From the NCBI GenBank assembly GCA_964016885.1, contig OZ024759.1, positions 30,814,001-30,878,000 of the forward strand: DNA of 64,000 nucleotides, given 5' to 3'. This document shows positions 1-14,245 of this stretch, piece after piece. Numbering within the stretch: the first letter of the stretch is position 1; each line of letters opens with the position of its first letter. This DNA is from Eledone cirrhosa. Lineage: Eukaryota. The notes under the pieces are model-generated. The model had not been told where the DNA came from, made no database searches, and was given only the letters and a program-made list of their open reading frames with translations. The position numbers and the translations under genes were made by a program.

Positions 1-150
1 TATTATCTGAGTTCAAATCCCGCCAAGGTTAACTTTGCCTTTCATCCTTACGGGGTCGATACAATAAAGTACCAGTCACGCACTGGGGTCGATTTAATCG
101 ACTTCCCCTCCCCCAAAATTGCTGGCCTTGTGCCTATACTAGAAATCAGT
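1..150 (+). mobile_element. tRNA-derived SINE (octopus-type family A), cut by window start
   Basis: B-box-like GAGTTCAAATCC followed by the conserved body ...ctttcatccttacggggtcgat...aagtaccagt...ctggccttgtgcc. The same body recurs about 20 times in the window. Confidence 0.8.
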
Positions 151-222
151 ATTAGTAGCAGTAGTAGTGGTAGTAGCAGCAGTAGTAGTATTTGTAGTAG
201 TAGTAGTAGTAGTAGTAGCAGC

Positions 223-281
<59 letters not shown>

Positions 282-343
282 CAGCAGTAGTATTTGTAGT
301 AGTAGTAGTTGTAGTAGTAGTAGTATCAGCAGCAGTAGTATTT

Positions 344-383
<40 letters not shown>

Positions 384-501
384 CAGCAGTTGTAGTAGTA
401 GCAGCAGCAGCAGCAGTAGTAGTATTTGTAGTAGTAGTAGTAGTAGTAGTAGTAGCAGCAGCAGTAGTAGTATTTGTAGTAGTAGTAGTAGTAGTAGTAG
501 T

Positions 502-533
<32 letters not shown>

Positions 534-537
534 TAGT

Positions 538-599
<62 letters not shown>

Positions 600-674
600 C
601 AGTAGTAGTATTTGTAGTAGCAGTAGTAGTATTTGTAGTAGTATTTGTAGTAGTAGTAGTAGTAGTAGCAGAAC

Positions 675-715
<41 letters not shown>

Positions 716-845
716 CAGTAGTAGTATTTGTAGTAGCAGTAGTAGTAGCAGTAGTAGTAGTAGTAGTAGTAGCAGTAGTAGTATTTGTAGTAGCAGTAGT
801 AGTAGCAGTAGTAGTAGTAGTAGTAGTAGTAGCAGGAGCAGCAGC

Positions 846-880
<35 letters not shown>

Positions 881-943
881 CAGTAGTAGTATTTGTAGTA
901 GCAGTAGTAGTAGCAGTAGTAGTAGTAGTAGTAGTAGCAGAAC

Positions 944-984
<41 letters not shown>

Positions 985-1012
985 CAGAGCAGTAGTAGTA
1001 GTAGCAGTAGCT
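148..1012. repeat. Compound (AGT/AGC)n trinucleotide microsatellite
   Basis: Directly visible; it explains the poly-S/V/L/T ORFs. Confidence 0.95.
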
Positions 1013-1129
1013 GCTTGTAAAAGAAACCATGAATTATGAAGAGATGTGTGGCCACAATTTTCCATCCCAACATTAAACAAAAACTCATGCTGAAGGAAAG
1101 AAAGAAGTACATTGCTAAGTGATGTGGAA

Positions 1130-1625
1130 TTTGTGTGTGCGTGTTTCTGTCTCTGTGTGTCTGTGTGTATGTGTGCGTGTGTTTGTGTCTGTATGTCTGG
1201 GTGTGCGTGTGTATGTGTGTGTGTGTGGCGTGCGTGTTTTTGTGTATGTCTGTGTGTGTGTGTTTGTGTATATATATATATGTGTATGTGTGCGTGTGTA
1301 TGTGTGTGTATGCTTGTGTATGTCTGTGTATGTATGTGTGTGTGCGTGCGTGTTTTTGTGTTTGTGTGTATGTCTGTGTGTGTGTGTGTTTGTGTATATA
1401 TATGTGTGTGTGCGTGCGTGTGTATGTGTGTGTGTATGCTTGTGTATATCTGTGTGTGTGTGTGTGTGTTTGTGTGTATAATTGTGTGCGTGCGTGTGTA
1501 TGTGTGTGTGTATGCTTGTGTATGTGTATGTGTGTGTGTGTGTGTATGCTTGTGTGTGTGTGTGTGTGTGTGTGTATGCTTGTGTGTGTGTGTGTGTGTT
1601 TGTGTATGCTTGTGTGTGTGCTTGT
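1130..1625. repeat. Degenerate (TG)n microsatellite
   Basis: Directly visible. Confidence 0.9.
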
Positions 1626-2012
1626 ATGCACCATGTATATCAGAAGCAACAGAAGTAAGAATGGAGACCCCAACACCTCGACACTAACAGAGAGATATGT
1701 CCGCTATTACATTTAATCTAAATACACACAGTCATCCTATATCATTATTATAGTAGCTTCAGCTTAACTTTCTTGAAAGATTCCCTCGTGGAGAGCAAAA
1801 TGTATGAAAATCCTCATAACCAGGCATGGCATGATAAATAAACTAACCCATTATTGTCGGTTACGATGCCTCAAGTTGCGATAACAATATATATGATTGT
1901 GTGATATTGCACGGGAATGGTCATCCGTCACTTTCAAAGATGACTGCTATAGTTGTTTGATCAATAAAATATCCTACATGCGAAACTGACGTATAAGTGG
2001 TTGAGCATCCTG

Positions 2013-2444
2013 TTTTTCAACATAGTCGCTGGAAAGAAAGAGTGAGTTGAAATCAGCTGTAAGGTTCAAAGGTCGACCAAGATACACTCGTGGAATGAGG
2101 AAATATGGTTTATTTTTCAACATAGTCCCTGGAAAGAAACAGTGAGTTGAAATCAGCTGTAAGGTTCAAAGGTCGACCAAGATACTCTCATGGAATGAGG
2201 AAATATGGTTTATTTTTCAACATAGTCCCTGGAAAGAAACAGTGAGTTGAAATAAGCTGTAAGGTTCAAAGGTCGACCAAGATACACTCGTGGAATGAGG
2301 AAATATGGTTTATTTTTCAACATAGTCCCTGGAAAGAAAGAGTGAGTTGAAATCAGCTGTAAGGTTCAAAGGTCGACCAAGATACTCTCATGGAATGAGG
2401 AAATATGGTTTATTTTTCAACATAGTCACTGGAAAGAAACAGTG
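2013..2444. repeat. 100-bp tandem repeat, about 4.3 copies
   Basis: CATAGT recurs at 2021, 2121, 2221, 2321 and 2421, and the units are near-identical. Confidence 0.95.
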
Positions 2445-2800
2445 CAGTTATCAATTAAGAGTTGAAATTAATGCATGCATGATTTCACAGCTTTAGCATC
2501 TGTACTTCATATTCAGTTAGACATTTCAGTTGACCCTCGTAATTCCCATCAAAAATTACTGCAGTTATATTTCTACGTGAAGAATATTTGAAATGTGAAG
2601 AAGTCAACATGTATGAAATATTCTCTAGTATTGAAATATCTCGCTCTTTCTTATTCCTCTGCGTCACACCCACATACATTATGTTTTATGAAGTGTTTCC
2701 AAATACCAGCTTGCAACTGCTGTGTCTATAGACACCTATAACTCCGTAACCATTGCAGCAATATGGAGGACATTTTGACAACTTTCATTCTAAATGCTAA

Positions 2801-2903
<103 letters not shown>

Positions 2904-3224
2904 TTGTATGGTACCAGCTTAGAATAGTAAGACCATGTTAAATATTTGATTCTTCGAAAGTAGTGTACGTTCTGTAAACGGTTAGTGCCCGGCGGATGAG
3001 CTTACGCCATTTCAACGACGCCTGGATTATTATATATCCTCACATACTATATATAAGTATATGTCGTCAGTTGTATGCATTATGTAAAGGGACGTAAAAT
3101 ATGTGTTATATAGTACTAGAAGTGTTTTCAACACGCTGTCGCGTATGTGTATATACATTTATATATTTATACGTATAAGTATATGAATATAAACGCGCGA
3201 AGACAGCCACAATTACAGAAATAC

Positions 3225-3790
3225 ACACTCACACACATACATTTACACAAACACACACATTTACACAAACGCACACATACTCACACACAGCGTAGCAAAT
3301 GAAACTCAAGTCGCTGTTTCGCTATAGTTGTTTTCACCACGCCCTTCCTTCCTTTTACACACACATACATTCTTACACACACATACATTCACACACATAC
3401 ATATATTCGCACACTCACATTCATTCACACACACACACACACATTCACACACACACACACATACATTCACAAACACACACACATTCTCACACACACATAC
3501 ATTCACAAACACACACGCATTCACACACACACACACATTCACACACACATATATTCACAAACACATACATTCACACACACACACACATTCACACACACAC
3601 ACATACATACACAAACACACACATACATACACACACACATGCATTCACACACACATACATTCACACACACATACATTCACAAACACAAATATACATTCAC
3701 ACACGCATACATTCACACACACACATGCATTCACACACACATACACACATACATTCACACACACACCCACACACAGTCACACATATACAT
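3225..3790. repeat. Degenerate (CA)n / CACATT microsatellite
   Basis: Directly visible. Confidence 0.9.
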
Positions 3791-4204
3791 TGCTGACGGA
3801 CGGACGTCATTCAAATTTATATATATATATTAGAATATTTAAAGCTATAAATTGCTAGACGTTCTGTGTTTTTTTCTCTGGAGTTGAACCTTGTTACAGA
3901 GTTATTGTCTATGGAACTTTGTTTTCCCTCATCTCTCGACATCTCTCACTTTGCTATTTCAGCGTTAATATCATGTAAAATTATATGTATATTATGTATA
4001 AATAATGTATGAATTATGTCTATGCTTTGGCAAGATTCAATATTCTGGTATAGCCACGTAGATCACCGCAAACGTGGGCGTTAAGAGAGACGACGTAGTG
4101 TTAACTTTGCATTATGCTGCGTATAATGTATATAGACAACAGAAAATGAATATATTGTAAAGTAACAGTCGAGCAACAAGATCCCAGACTTTATTCGCTT
4201 AACG

Positions 4205-4432
4205 AGTGGGGTGAAGCCCGTTAAATCGGACCGAGGAAACAGTGTTTCCGTTGGTCTTTCCCATTGCTAATACTATCTACCGGTCCCAAGTCCAGGTAGG
4301 AGCAGCGTGAAATAAAAAAAAATAAAAAAGTGTCTTGTTCAAGGACATAAAGTATTGCCCGGTCTGGGTATCGAACTCATAACCTCACGATTCCGAATCG
4401 AATTCTATAACCACTCAACCACGATTCTTCAC
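4205..4432 (-). mobile_element. tRNA-derived SINE (family B)
   Basis: The reverse complement has A/B-box-like motifs (gtggttgagtgg...gagttcgatacc) and tgtccttgaacaagacact. It is homologous to 6325-6535. Confidence 0.6.
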
Positions 4433-4584
4433 TCATATATCGTATATGGCATTAATATTGGTTTCTGATTTAGACACAAGGCCAACAATTTCTTTTGTTT
4501 GTAATGATGGTCTCTCTCTCTCAGACCCCTCTCTTTTGACAAGAGGGCGCCTTTCCAATCCAAAATACATTAAAAGTTACGTGT

Positions 4585-4635
<51 letters not shown>

Positions 4636-5379
4636 CAATACCTGCTTTTATATAAGATAAAGAAAGTATTAGAATCTGGTCTTGGTAATGACTGTGCTTA
4701 GTTTATCTGTGAGTGTTGTACGGTTTCTCACTTATATTATTTAAAACATCTATAATGATGGAAACATTAACATTTTGGAAATTCATAGCTTCTGTTAGTA
4801 ACAAAGAACATCACGTTGAAAGTGTTTATTTAATCTATAATCGTAACTTCCTTCTATAGAGGGAGATATTAAATTGAATATGTTAGCTCGGATTTCTATT
4901 GAAAGTTTGGTTGTTGAGATAACTTTGTGATAATATAAGTTATAGATAACTTGGTAAGTATAACTTACTGTTAACTTTATTATAATAAGTGAGAGATAAG
5001 TTTGTACGAATGAAACTTCAACAAAAGACGATGGTATAGCTACACTATAAAGTTTCTCTGTAGTTTTGTCTTGATTTAATCTTTGGTATTAAAATAGAGA
5101 AAAAATATTTTGATGTTAAATATATTGTAAATTGTTGAATACATTCACAATTGTTTCGTATTATTGGGTTTATTATGTACTCGGTACACTTATTTATAGA
5201 ACCTGACTAGACGAAGCGAATGTACTTGTACATGATGCTGTTGGTGGTTGGTGGTAATGGTGTTTATGGTGATAGTAGGGATGGTGTTGATAATAATATA
5301 TGTTAAATTTCGTATATATATATATATATACATTAATCAGTATACACTGAGGATGAAAACTCAGAGTTGTATGGGAGCC

Positions 5380-5635
5380 TCCCAAAAGTCAGGTCAAAAG
5401 TGACACAGGGGAGACTGGGGTTAGCTGGACATGCTCACTGACATCCAGAGTTGACACTGCACTCAGTGCTCCTGTGGGGGCCCCTGCATGGACACACTGG
5501 AAGAGGAAGACCGATGTTAACATATGTTGATGCCCTAAGGACAGACACTGGTCTGTTGGAGACGCAGGACATGGCAGGGACAGAGACCGCTGGAGAGAAC
5601 TCGTCCATGGATCTCGGGAATTTTACCCGTCCTAG
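5380..5635 (+). mobile_element. RTE-like LINE 3' fragment
   Basis: Decayed translation ...LAGHAH...LLW.PLHG..GRGRPMLTYVDAL resembles an RTE C-terminus. Confidence 0.55.
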
Positions 5636-5654
5636 ATAGATATGTGTGTGTGTG

Positions 5655-5875
5655 TCCGGCCGTTTCGACAGCTAGGTCTGAACTAACGGGGTATTGTTAG
5701 TACAGGAGTAGCCTGGCTGACAATACCGCATTAGCTCAGACCTAGCTATCAAAACGGCTGGAGCTCAGCCGTCGAGGTCCTGACTCTTTTCCTATTACCC
5801 ACTCTTCTACCTAGCATCAAGTACTTTGGTGCGTTATGGTCCACCTGGTTACTTACCACACTTCCTTCGTTATAC
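5655..5875. mobile_element. Short repeat family C with an internal inverted duplication
   Basis: Arms 5655-5701 and 5716-5762 are inverted. The body is homologous to 42837-42965, 43670-43816 and 59207-59335. Confidence 0.65.
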
Positions 5876-6054
5876 TTCGTTATATATATATATATATATA
5901 TATAGACATATAGATTTTTATAGATTTTTATCTCTCTATTTTCAATGACCCATCAGACTATGCTCGTTCTTGCATATGTATCAATGACATCGAATCCTCC
6001 TATATAGTAACGGTTCTACATGGTTAAAAACATCTGACCCTGATGATTCTTTTG

Positions 6055-6720
6055 CCGTCTCCAACGGCTCCTATGACAGTGCTGATATTTGTAATCTTAT
6101 CGGATTATACATCCTTCATACGCTAAAATCTAAATGCCCCAACCATTCCTTTGGTCTATACCGTGACGGCGGACTTTCGTTTTCACATGATTGAAACGGA
6201 CAGACTCTGGACAAACTTCGTAAAAATTTAATTTAGTGCAGTAAGACTTTAAATTATGGTAGATTCTTTTTCTTTAGGAATCGGTTGGCAAATTCCCAAA
6301 CTTCATTCGCTTGCTGTGTGGGGTGGGGTGGCCCTCGTCAAATCGGACCAAATAAACAATGTTTCCATTGGTCTTTCCATTGCTGATACTATCTACCGAT
6401 CGCAACTTATTGGCAGAAAGAGCAACATGAAATATAGTGTCTTGTTGAAGGACACAATGCATCACTCGGTCCGAGATTTGAACACGCAACCTCACGATTG
6501 CGAATCCAACTCTCCAACCACTAAACCACGTCCCTTCATGGTTGACACAAATCTTACTAATGCACATTTTCTAGATGTGAACTTGGATTTAACAAATGCT
6601 TCGTATAAACCATACAATAAGCCGAACGAGAAATTGCCTCATTAATATAGCCTCATGCGGGTATTTTTTTTAGATCTATTAGATAGAAATTTCCCACCAC
6701 AACAACATAGATATAGTAAA
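6055..6720 (+). pseudogene. Penelope-like reverse transcriptase fragment interrupted by a SINE
   Basis: GSYDSADICNLIGLYIL...GLYRDGGL, then after the insert TNL..AHFLDVNLDL.NASYKPYNKPN. This is similar to PLE RT motifs (GSYDGAE, GLYRDDGL, FLDV). Confidence 0.65.
6325..6535 (-). mobile_element. tRNA-derived SINE (family B) nested in the Penelope RT fragment
   Basis: Homologous to 4205-4432, with a tRNA-like head on the minus strand. Confidence 0.6.
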
Positions 6721-6744
6721 ATACTCCCTCTATTTCCTCCGACA

Positions 6745-6783
<39 letters not shown>

Positions 6784-6822
6784 CATATATACACACACAC
6801 ATATGTGTGTGAGTGTGTGTGT

Positions 6823-6888
<66 letters not shown>

Positions 6889-6928
6889 ACATATATACAC
6901 ACACACATATGTGTGTGAGTGTGTGTGT

Positions 6929-6972
<44 letters not shown>

Positions 6973-7119
6973 ATATACATATATATATACATATTTATAT
7001 GTGTGTACATATATATGTGTATATATCAACATATATATATAGAGAGAGAGAGAGAAGCGAGAGAGAGGGAGAGAGATATAGAGTGGGAGGAGATATAGAA
7101 CAGCAGTATTAGTAATTAT

Positions 7120-7292
7120 TGGTTTCTTATATCGACCACAGTGCGTGACTGGTACTTTATTTTATCGACCCCATGACGATGGAAGGCAAAGTTCACCTCG
7201 GCGCGATTTGAACTCAGATCATAAAGGGCAGTAACTCTATGCTGCAAAGCATGACGTCCGACTCTCTACCGATACTGCAATCGACCGCCCTC
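7120..7292 (-). mobile_element. SINE family A
   Basis: Contains ctggtactttattttatcgacccc...ggcaaagt...atttgaactcag. Confidence 0.8.
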
Positions 7293-7692
7293 AGAAGTAT
7301 TAGTAATTATTAAAGTACAAAAATCTATTCGACGTTAGATACCTCATTAGTTCCATCATACATGATATCGTGAGGAGAATGGCTATATTTGTTTACAATA
7401 CATCTAATGTACGTGTGAAAAATGACAATGAATAACCATTAAATGTTGTGTATCTTACATCGAATACATATTTAGCTTGCATCCTTGAAATTTCGTCAGG
7501 CACCTGATCTTATCAAATTTTGACTACATACTCTATATATTTTAATTAAATGCTAAATGAATATTCCACGTTGATAAAGGTTATATAAATCTCTCTATAT
7601 ATATACATAAATCTCTCTCTCTGTCTCCCTCTCTCTCGCCCTCTCTCTGTATCTCTCTGTCTCTCTCTCTCTCTCATCCCTCTTTCTCTCTC

Positions 7693-7737
<45 letters not shown>

Positions 7738-7825
7738 GAGTACTCACATGATGTATGTCCACTCCAGTCTCAACAGCGCAGATTATATATATATATATTT
7801 ATATATGTATGTATATATGTATGTA

Positions 7826-7899
<74 letters not shown>

Positions 7900-7958
7900 A
7901 TATATGTATGTATATAATATATATATATGTATGTGTATAACACACACACACCACACAC

Positions 7959-7989
<31 letters not shown>

Positions 7990-8982
7990 TGCATACGTGT
8001 GTTTCTGTGAAGGTGTTTGTGCGCGTACGAACGATCATGTAGCTGTTATTATGAAATTACCCATAGCAGACTCTATACGCATTTCTATAGTATCTGTTGT
8101 GCATTAAATGATATAATCTGGTGCAAAATGCTTCGTCAAGCATTTTAGTAAAGACAAATAAAAGAATTACATCGTGTGAGTGACACTATATTCTGATGGT
8201 TCTCTGGATATCTGGATTTGTCTACGTTTAATACATTAACAACATAGGGCTTCTACTCGTGGTGAATGGATACGATTTTTATTTCTTTGTTAAGCATAGA
8301 ACTACGTTGATCTTGGATATATACATACATTCATACATACATATATATATATATATATAAATATATATTCAGTGAGAATCGTATTTCATTGATTTGTCTC
8401 TCTTTTCCTCTCTTTACGTTGCATTACTACCATGTTGTTTATTTCCTTTCCTCTGTTTTTCTCTGTCCCGATAACTTAATTTAGTTATCCCTCGCACTGA
8501 TTTTAGGTATCTAGTCTCTAATGCGAAGAAATACCAATGATAATCAGCAGGCTACTGCTGAAGGACATTCTTGTTTCTCGATCTATTTTTATTTATATAT
8601 ATATCATTATAATGATTTTTATCATTATCTAATTGTTGTTAACTGACATAGAGAAATGAATAATACACAGTAAGAAAGTCTTCCATATTTATGTCTGCCT
8701 TCAGATATCTGCAGATGTTAATTGACACATAATTTTAGAAATGAGGAGAATTTGAAAGGTTTAGGGTCATTTTACATTATAATTTAATTCTATATCCTTT
8801 CGTATGACAATGGAATTCTCTTCCGAAATTACTCACTATTTTATTCATGAGGAGGAACCATACTTTACTTTAATTCTTATCTCGTATGAATATATCTCGT
8901 TTTGCATTCTATATCTACCAATTTATATTGTTTATCTATATCTAAAACGTAAATATATAGATATATGCGTGGCTGGGTGTAT

Positions 8983-9028
<46 letters not shown>

Positions 9029-9274
9029 TAAATCATGTCCTTAGAATTATTAGATAAAATATATACAATTTCCTCTCCCAATTAGCATAATTAACCATAT
9101 AAAAAATCAATTAGACCAGGCTATAAGAATAAAGGCTCCTATGAAGAAATATTTTATAAATAACCGAATGCAGCCTTTTCGCGGTTGACTACAATAGAAT
9201 GACCAAATATATCGTCAACCATACGCATTAGGTATAAATTTAAAGTTAGAAGAAATGTGTACATACGGTAATTA

Positions 9275-9311
<37 letters not shown>

Positions 9312-9660
9312 CCTGACTAAATAAAGATGGCGTAGGCATACAATACAACGGGAGGAAACATAATAGCACCACTGACGATGTTGCAGAAAGAAGTTTGTTA
9401 GACTATATATATATGTGTTTGTGTCTATATTGTATCTGTATTTTTGACCGTTGGTCAGTCAATGGTAACATTGAGGACCGAATAAATTAGATTACGATAT
9501 AAAAGACACAGAAGCGAAAACCAACCAAACAGTGAGTGTGTTCTGTTATTAATTCTGGCAATATTATTACAGAAATATGACCCTCCCTAAGTATAACAAT
9601 ATTTGTTTCGACACACGATTTCATATAAAAAACCTGGCAAAAATAATATATATATATACG

Positions 9661-9706
<46 letters not shown>

Positions 9707-9898
9707 GAAAAATCTACCAAAAGTTTACGGTAGTGTCCAATCCGTATGAAGAACTCAATGTAATCCGGATATCATGAAAAGAGAAGATGCATTCAAAAAC
9801 TACTTTCGGTGAAAAATAAACGGAAAACAGAGTCAAGATAAATTATTAAAAAAATAATGAATAAACAAAGAAACAGTTCCTTATATTAAAAAAATTTC

Positions 9899-10036
9899 AT
9901 TATTTTACGATCGTTTCTAGGATATATATGTGTTAGAGTTGGTATGCATATTCTATAGATCTATGTACAATATTTATACAAACTATCAGAGGGAATATAC
10001 ATACCTACACATATATATGCCGTCTTCAGAAATAAT
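9899..10036 (-). ncRNA. Type I hammerhead ribozyme with long stem II
   Basis: Minus strand reads ATTATTT-CTGAAGA-(about 105-nt stem II)-GAA-ACGATCGT-A-AAATAAT. Stem I is 7 bp, stem III is palindromic and the cleavage triplet is GUA. Confidence 0.7.
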
Positions 10037-10060
10037 CATTATTTCTGATTATTATTTCAG

Positions 10061-10198
10061 ATTATTTCTGAAGACGGCATATATATGTGTTGGTATGTAT
10101 ATTTAATTTTGATAGTTTGTATAATTTTGTACATAGATCTGTTGAATATGCATGCCAATTCTAACACATATATATCCTAGAAACGATCGTTAAATAAT
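10061..10198 (+). ncRNA. Type I hammerhead ribozyme with long stem II
   Basis: ATTATTT(10061)-CTGAAGA(10068)...GAA(10180)-ACGATCGT-T-AAATAAT. Stem II pairs atatatatgtgtt with aacacatatatat and ggtatgtatatt with aatatgcatgcc. Confidence 0.7.
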
Positions 10199-10395
10199 GA
10201 ACTTTTTTTGTTTAATATAAGGAACTGTTTCATTGTTTTATTCATTATTTTTTTTATATTTTATCTTGACTCTGTATTCCGTTTATCTTTCACCGAAAGT
10301 GATTTTTCATTGCATCTCTTCTTTCCATGATATCCGGATTACATTGAGTTCTTCATACGGATTGGACACTACCGTAAAATCTTGGTAGATTTATC

Positions 10396-10497
<102 letters not shown>

Positions 10498-10982
10498 TAT
10501 ACATATACATTGTTTTGGAAGATTCTTGACGTGAAATCCTGTGTTGAAATAGATATTTTTATACTTTGGGAATTCATGATTCCAATATAAACAGACACAC
10601 CAATTGAGATCACTTCAGTTTTTTTGGCCCTGTGGCTGTTTACTTTGCTTGCTAATGGTGAAAGGTCTTTTGTCACACATCTTATGATCTTCTTAATTAG
10701 CATTCTTCCACATCTTTGTCTCCACATGTCATCATTGATTTGATCTTGTTCTATCTACTCGAAACGTTTTTCATTCGTGGCTGGATATTGCTGACACGTA
10801 TGTCAGCAGCTAATCAACCCCAGCTCTGTCACGTGGACAATTTGTTTGTATCTTTATGCATATAATTTGACAATAATACGTCTTCAAGGTTTATATGTGA
10901 ACCCAGTTTCATACTCACTGTTTAACTGATTACCTTACTGTACATATATATGTGTGTGTGTATGTATGTATGTATATATGTA

Positions 10983-11072
<90 letters not shown>

Positions 11073-11075
<3 letters not shown>

Positions 11076-11162
11076 TTAATATAGATGAGATTCTACAGGA
11101 CCAGAACTGTTTCACTCATTAGAAACCATCAGGTTACCTCCGATTCAACCCGGAATAACGTA
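11073..11162 (-). mobile_element. Internally deleted copy of hammerhead element family H1
   Basis: Matches 30817-30950 but lacks about 45 bp including the 5' strand of stem I. The core reads CTGATGG. Confidence 0.75.
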
Positions 11163-11163
11163 G

Positions 11164-11198
<35 letters not shown>

Positions 11199-11654
11199 GC
11201 GTGTGGAGTTACTGTATGTGTGCGTTTATATATATATACACGCACACATACAGTAACTCCGCGTCACCCTCCCTGGATATATATATGAGAGACAACGAGA
11301 TCTCTTGTATTAATTATGGTGTCCTTTAGGTACAGTAGTTTCTGTGGTTGTCTAATTCTGAATTTCACTGAGACAGGCTCCAGGTAATCAGCCTCTTTTT
11401 TTCTTTTTCCACTTTATTTTTGTCTGAGTGCGTGTATGTGGAGTTGTAGAGGCGATAAGAAAATACAAACAACACAGAACAAAGAGTGGATTGATCAATG
11501 CATCGATGGCGTTTATCGGGCTCTCTGAAAGAAATAACTGAGATGAACAGAGAAAGCGGAAAGGAGATGTAGTGATAGAGAAGCAGAGAGGAGGACAGAG
11601 ATAGAAAGATAATGACAGAAGCTGGGAGATATTGTTTACAGAGAAGGGAAGTGA

Positions 11655-12628
11655 GAAAGAAAATGGGAGAGAGGCAGGGAATGGGAGAGAGAAAGAAAAT
11701 GGGAGAGAGGCAGGGAATAGAAGAGAGAAAGAGAATGGGAGAGAGGCAGGGAATGGAAGAGAGAAAGAAAATGGGAGAGGGGCAGGGAATGGAAGAGAGA
11801 AAGAAAATGGGAGAGAGGCAGGGAATGGAAGAGAGAAATAGAATGGGAGAGAGAAAGAAAATGGGAGAGAGGCAGGGAATGGAAGAGAGAAAGAAAATGG
11901 GAGAGAGGCAGGGAATGGAAGAGAGAAAGCAAATGGGAGAATGGCAGGGAATGGGAGAGAGAAAGAGAATGGGAGAGAGGCAGGGAATGGAAGAGAGGAA
12001 GAAAATGGGAGAGAGGCAGGGAATGGAAGAGAGAAAGAAAATGGGAGAGAGGCAGGGAATGGAAGAGAGAAAGAAAATGGGAGAGAGGCAGGGAATGGGA
12101 GAGAGAAAGAGAATGGGAGAGAGGCAGGGAATGGAAGAGAGAAAGAAAATGGGAGAGAGGCAGGGAATGGAAGAGAGAAAGAAAATGGGAGAGAGGCAGG
12201 GAATGGGAGAGAGAAAAAGAATGGGAGAGAGGCAGGGAATGGGAGAGAGAAAGAAAATGGGAGAGAGGCAGGGAATGGAAGAGAGAAAGAAAATGGGAGA
12301 GAGGCAGGCAATGGAAGAGAGAAAGAGAATGGGAGAGAGAAAGAAAATGGGAGAGAGGCAGGGAATGGGAGAGAGAAAGAGAATGGGAGAGAGGCAGGGA
12401 ATGGAAGAGAGAAAGAAAATGGGAGAGAGAAAGAAAATGGGAGAGAGGCAGGGAATGGGAGAGAGGCAGGGAATGGAAGAGAGAAAGAGAATGGTAGAGA
12501 GGCAGGGAATGGAAGAGAGAAAGAGAATGGGAGAGAGGCAGGGAATGGAAGAGAGAAAGAGAATGGGAGAGAGGCAGGGAATGGGAGAGAGAAAGAGAAT
12601 GGGAGAGAGGCAGGGAATGGGAGAGAGG
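11655..12628. repeat. Purine-rich 36-bp minisatellite made of two alternating 18-mers
   Basis: ATGGGAGAGAGGCAGGGA alternates with ATGGAAGAGAGAAAGAAA; this explains the MGERQG/MEERKK ORFs. Confidence 0.95.
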
Positions 12629-13195
12629 TAGGGACAGAGAATCATTGAAAAAGAGAATTGGAGAGCGAAACAGAGACAGAAAGAGGGGGGAGAGAGATAG
12701 AGAGAGAGAGGGACGGATGGAGAGACATTGATAATGATAATAGAAGAGAGACATATATAGTGATAGAAAAGAAGAGAGAAAGAGAGACATAAAGACAATG
12801 AGAGAAGCTGGGAGACATTGAGACAGAGAATGGGAGTGAGAGGGAGAGAGAGAGAGGCTGACAGAGAGCTAGAAAAAAAAGAATAAGAAGAGAGAGAGGG
12901 AGAGAGAGAGAGGGGGGGGGCAGGGAGAAAGATATGAAGTTAGAAAACAAGAATGAGAGAGAGATATAGAGAGAAAGAAAGAAAGAGAGAGAGAGGGGAG
13001 AGCGACAGACTGACAAAAACAGCTAGAAAAAAGAATGACAGATAGCGAGATTGAGAGAAAGGGGGGAGAAAGAGATAGTTAGAGAGAGAGAGAGAGAGAG
13101 GGGGGGAGAGAAAGAGATAGAGAGAAAAAAGAGAGAGGAGAGCGAGAGAGAGACTGACAGAAACAACTAGAAAAATAGAATAAGGGGAGAGCAAG

Positions 13196-13233
<38 letters not shown>

Positions 13234-13977
13234 AATAAAAAGATAGAGTTAGAGAGAGAGAGAGAGGGAGAGAGAGAAAGAGAGAAAGAAAGAAATAGAG
13301 AGAGAGAGATGTAGATTCGTTTCATATAATATGAAAGCTACTTGAGTGAAAATGAAAACCAAAATAAATAGAATCCCTGTGACAGTATGAAATAGCATAG
13401 CTAAGAAGTTATAATCAGAACAGAAAGAAACAACAAACCACATCAATATTCCTGACAGCCCTGTCCTATTGATATCTTTATTTTCTTTCATTTTGTTTTC
13501 TTTGAGGGTTTTTTCTTTCATTCATTTATGTATTATTGTTGTTTTTTAGTAGTTTTTGTTTGTTGTTGTTGGTTTGTTTGTTTCTTTTTTGGTTGTTGTG
13601 GTATGGTGTGTGTGTGTGTGTGTGTGTGTTTTCTTTTCAAAATATGATGTTAAGGTTGTGATGATGTTATATCTAATTACTGCCATTGTTCTGTTCATAG
13701 TGTGATCGTTGGTTAGCTTGTGTGTATGTATATATGTATGTATGTATGCATGTTGTGTGTGTGTATGTATGCATGTTTGTATGTATGTGTGTATAAATGT
13801 GTGTGTGTGTGTGTGTGTGTACGTATGTGCGTACGTATGTGTGTATGTATGATGGTGTTTATGTTGGTGTAATGGTTGGTCGTTTTTTGTGTATTTCTGT
13901 TTATATTATTGTGATGGAATGTGGTCTAATTTTGTTGGTGTAATGGTTTGGTTGTGTTTTTATGTTCGCCTGTAATG

Positions 13978-14245
13978 GTGGAGGCATGTGGCCTAGCGGT
14001 AAGGTTGTTGAACTTACGATCATAATGTCGTGGGTTCGATTCCTGGGTGGCGCGTTGTGTTCTTGTACAAAACACTTCATTTCACGTTGCTCCAGTTTAC
14101 TCATCTGAAAATGAGTACCAGTAATAGTTGGGGTTTAACCCTGCAATGGTCTGGCATCCTGTCCAAGGGGAAGTCATGTACTCTCAGTCGCTCCACGCCA
14201 TGAAACCGGGATAAGCACCGGCCAAATGAGCCTTCTGGCTTAAGA
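13978..14245 (+). mobile_element. tRNA-derived SINE (family B-like)
   Basis: A box tggcctagcgg and B box gggttcgattcc, followed by ttgtgttcttgtacaaaacactt. Confidence 0.7.

Noticed and set aside
48-1716. Long ORFs (542, 313 and 272 aa)
   Set aside because: They are translations of (AGT)n and (TG)n microsatellites, open in several frames on both strands.
11365-12798. MGERQGMEERKK repeat protein ORFs
   Set aside because: A stop-poor purine minisatellite open in most frames, with no unique coding flanks or splice evidence.
13978-14050. tRNA gene
   Set aside because: A/B boxes are present but there is no proper cloverleaf, and the sequence continues into a SINE body.
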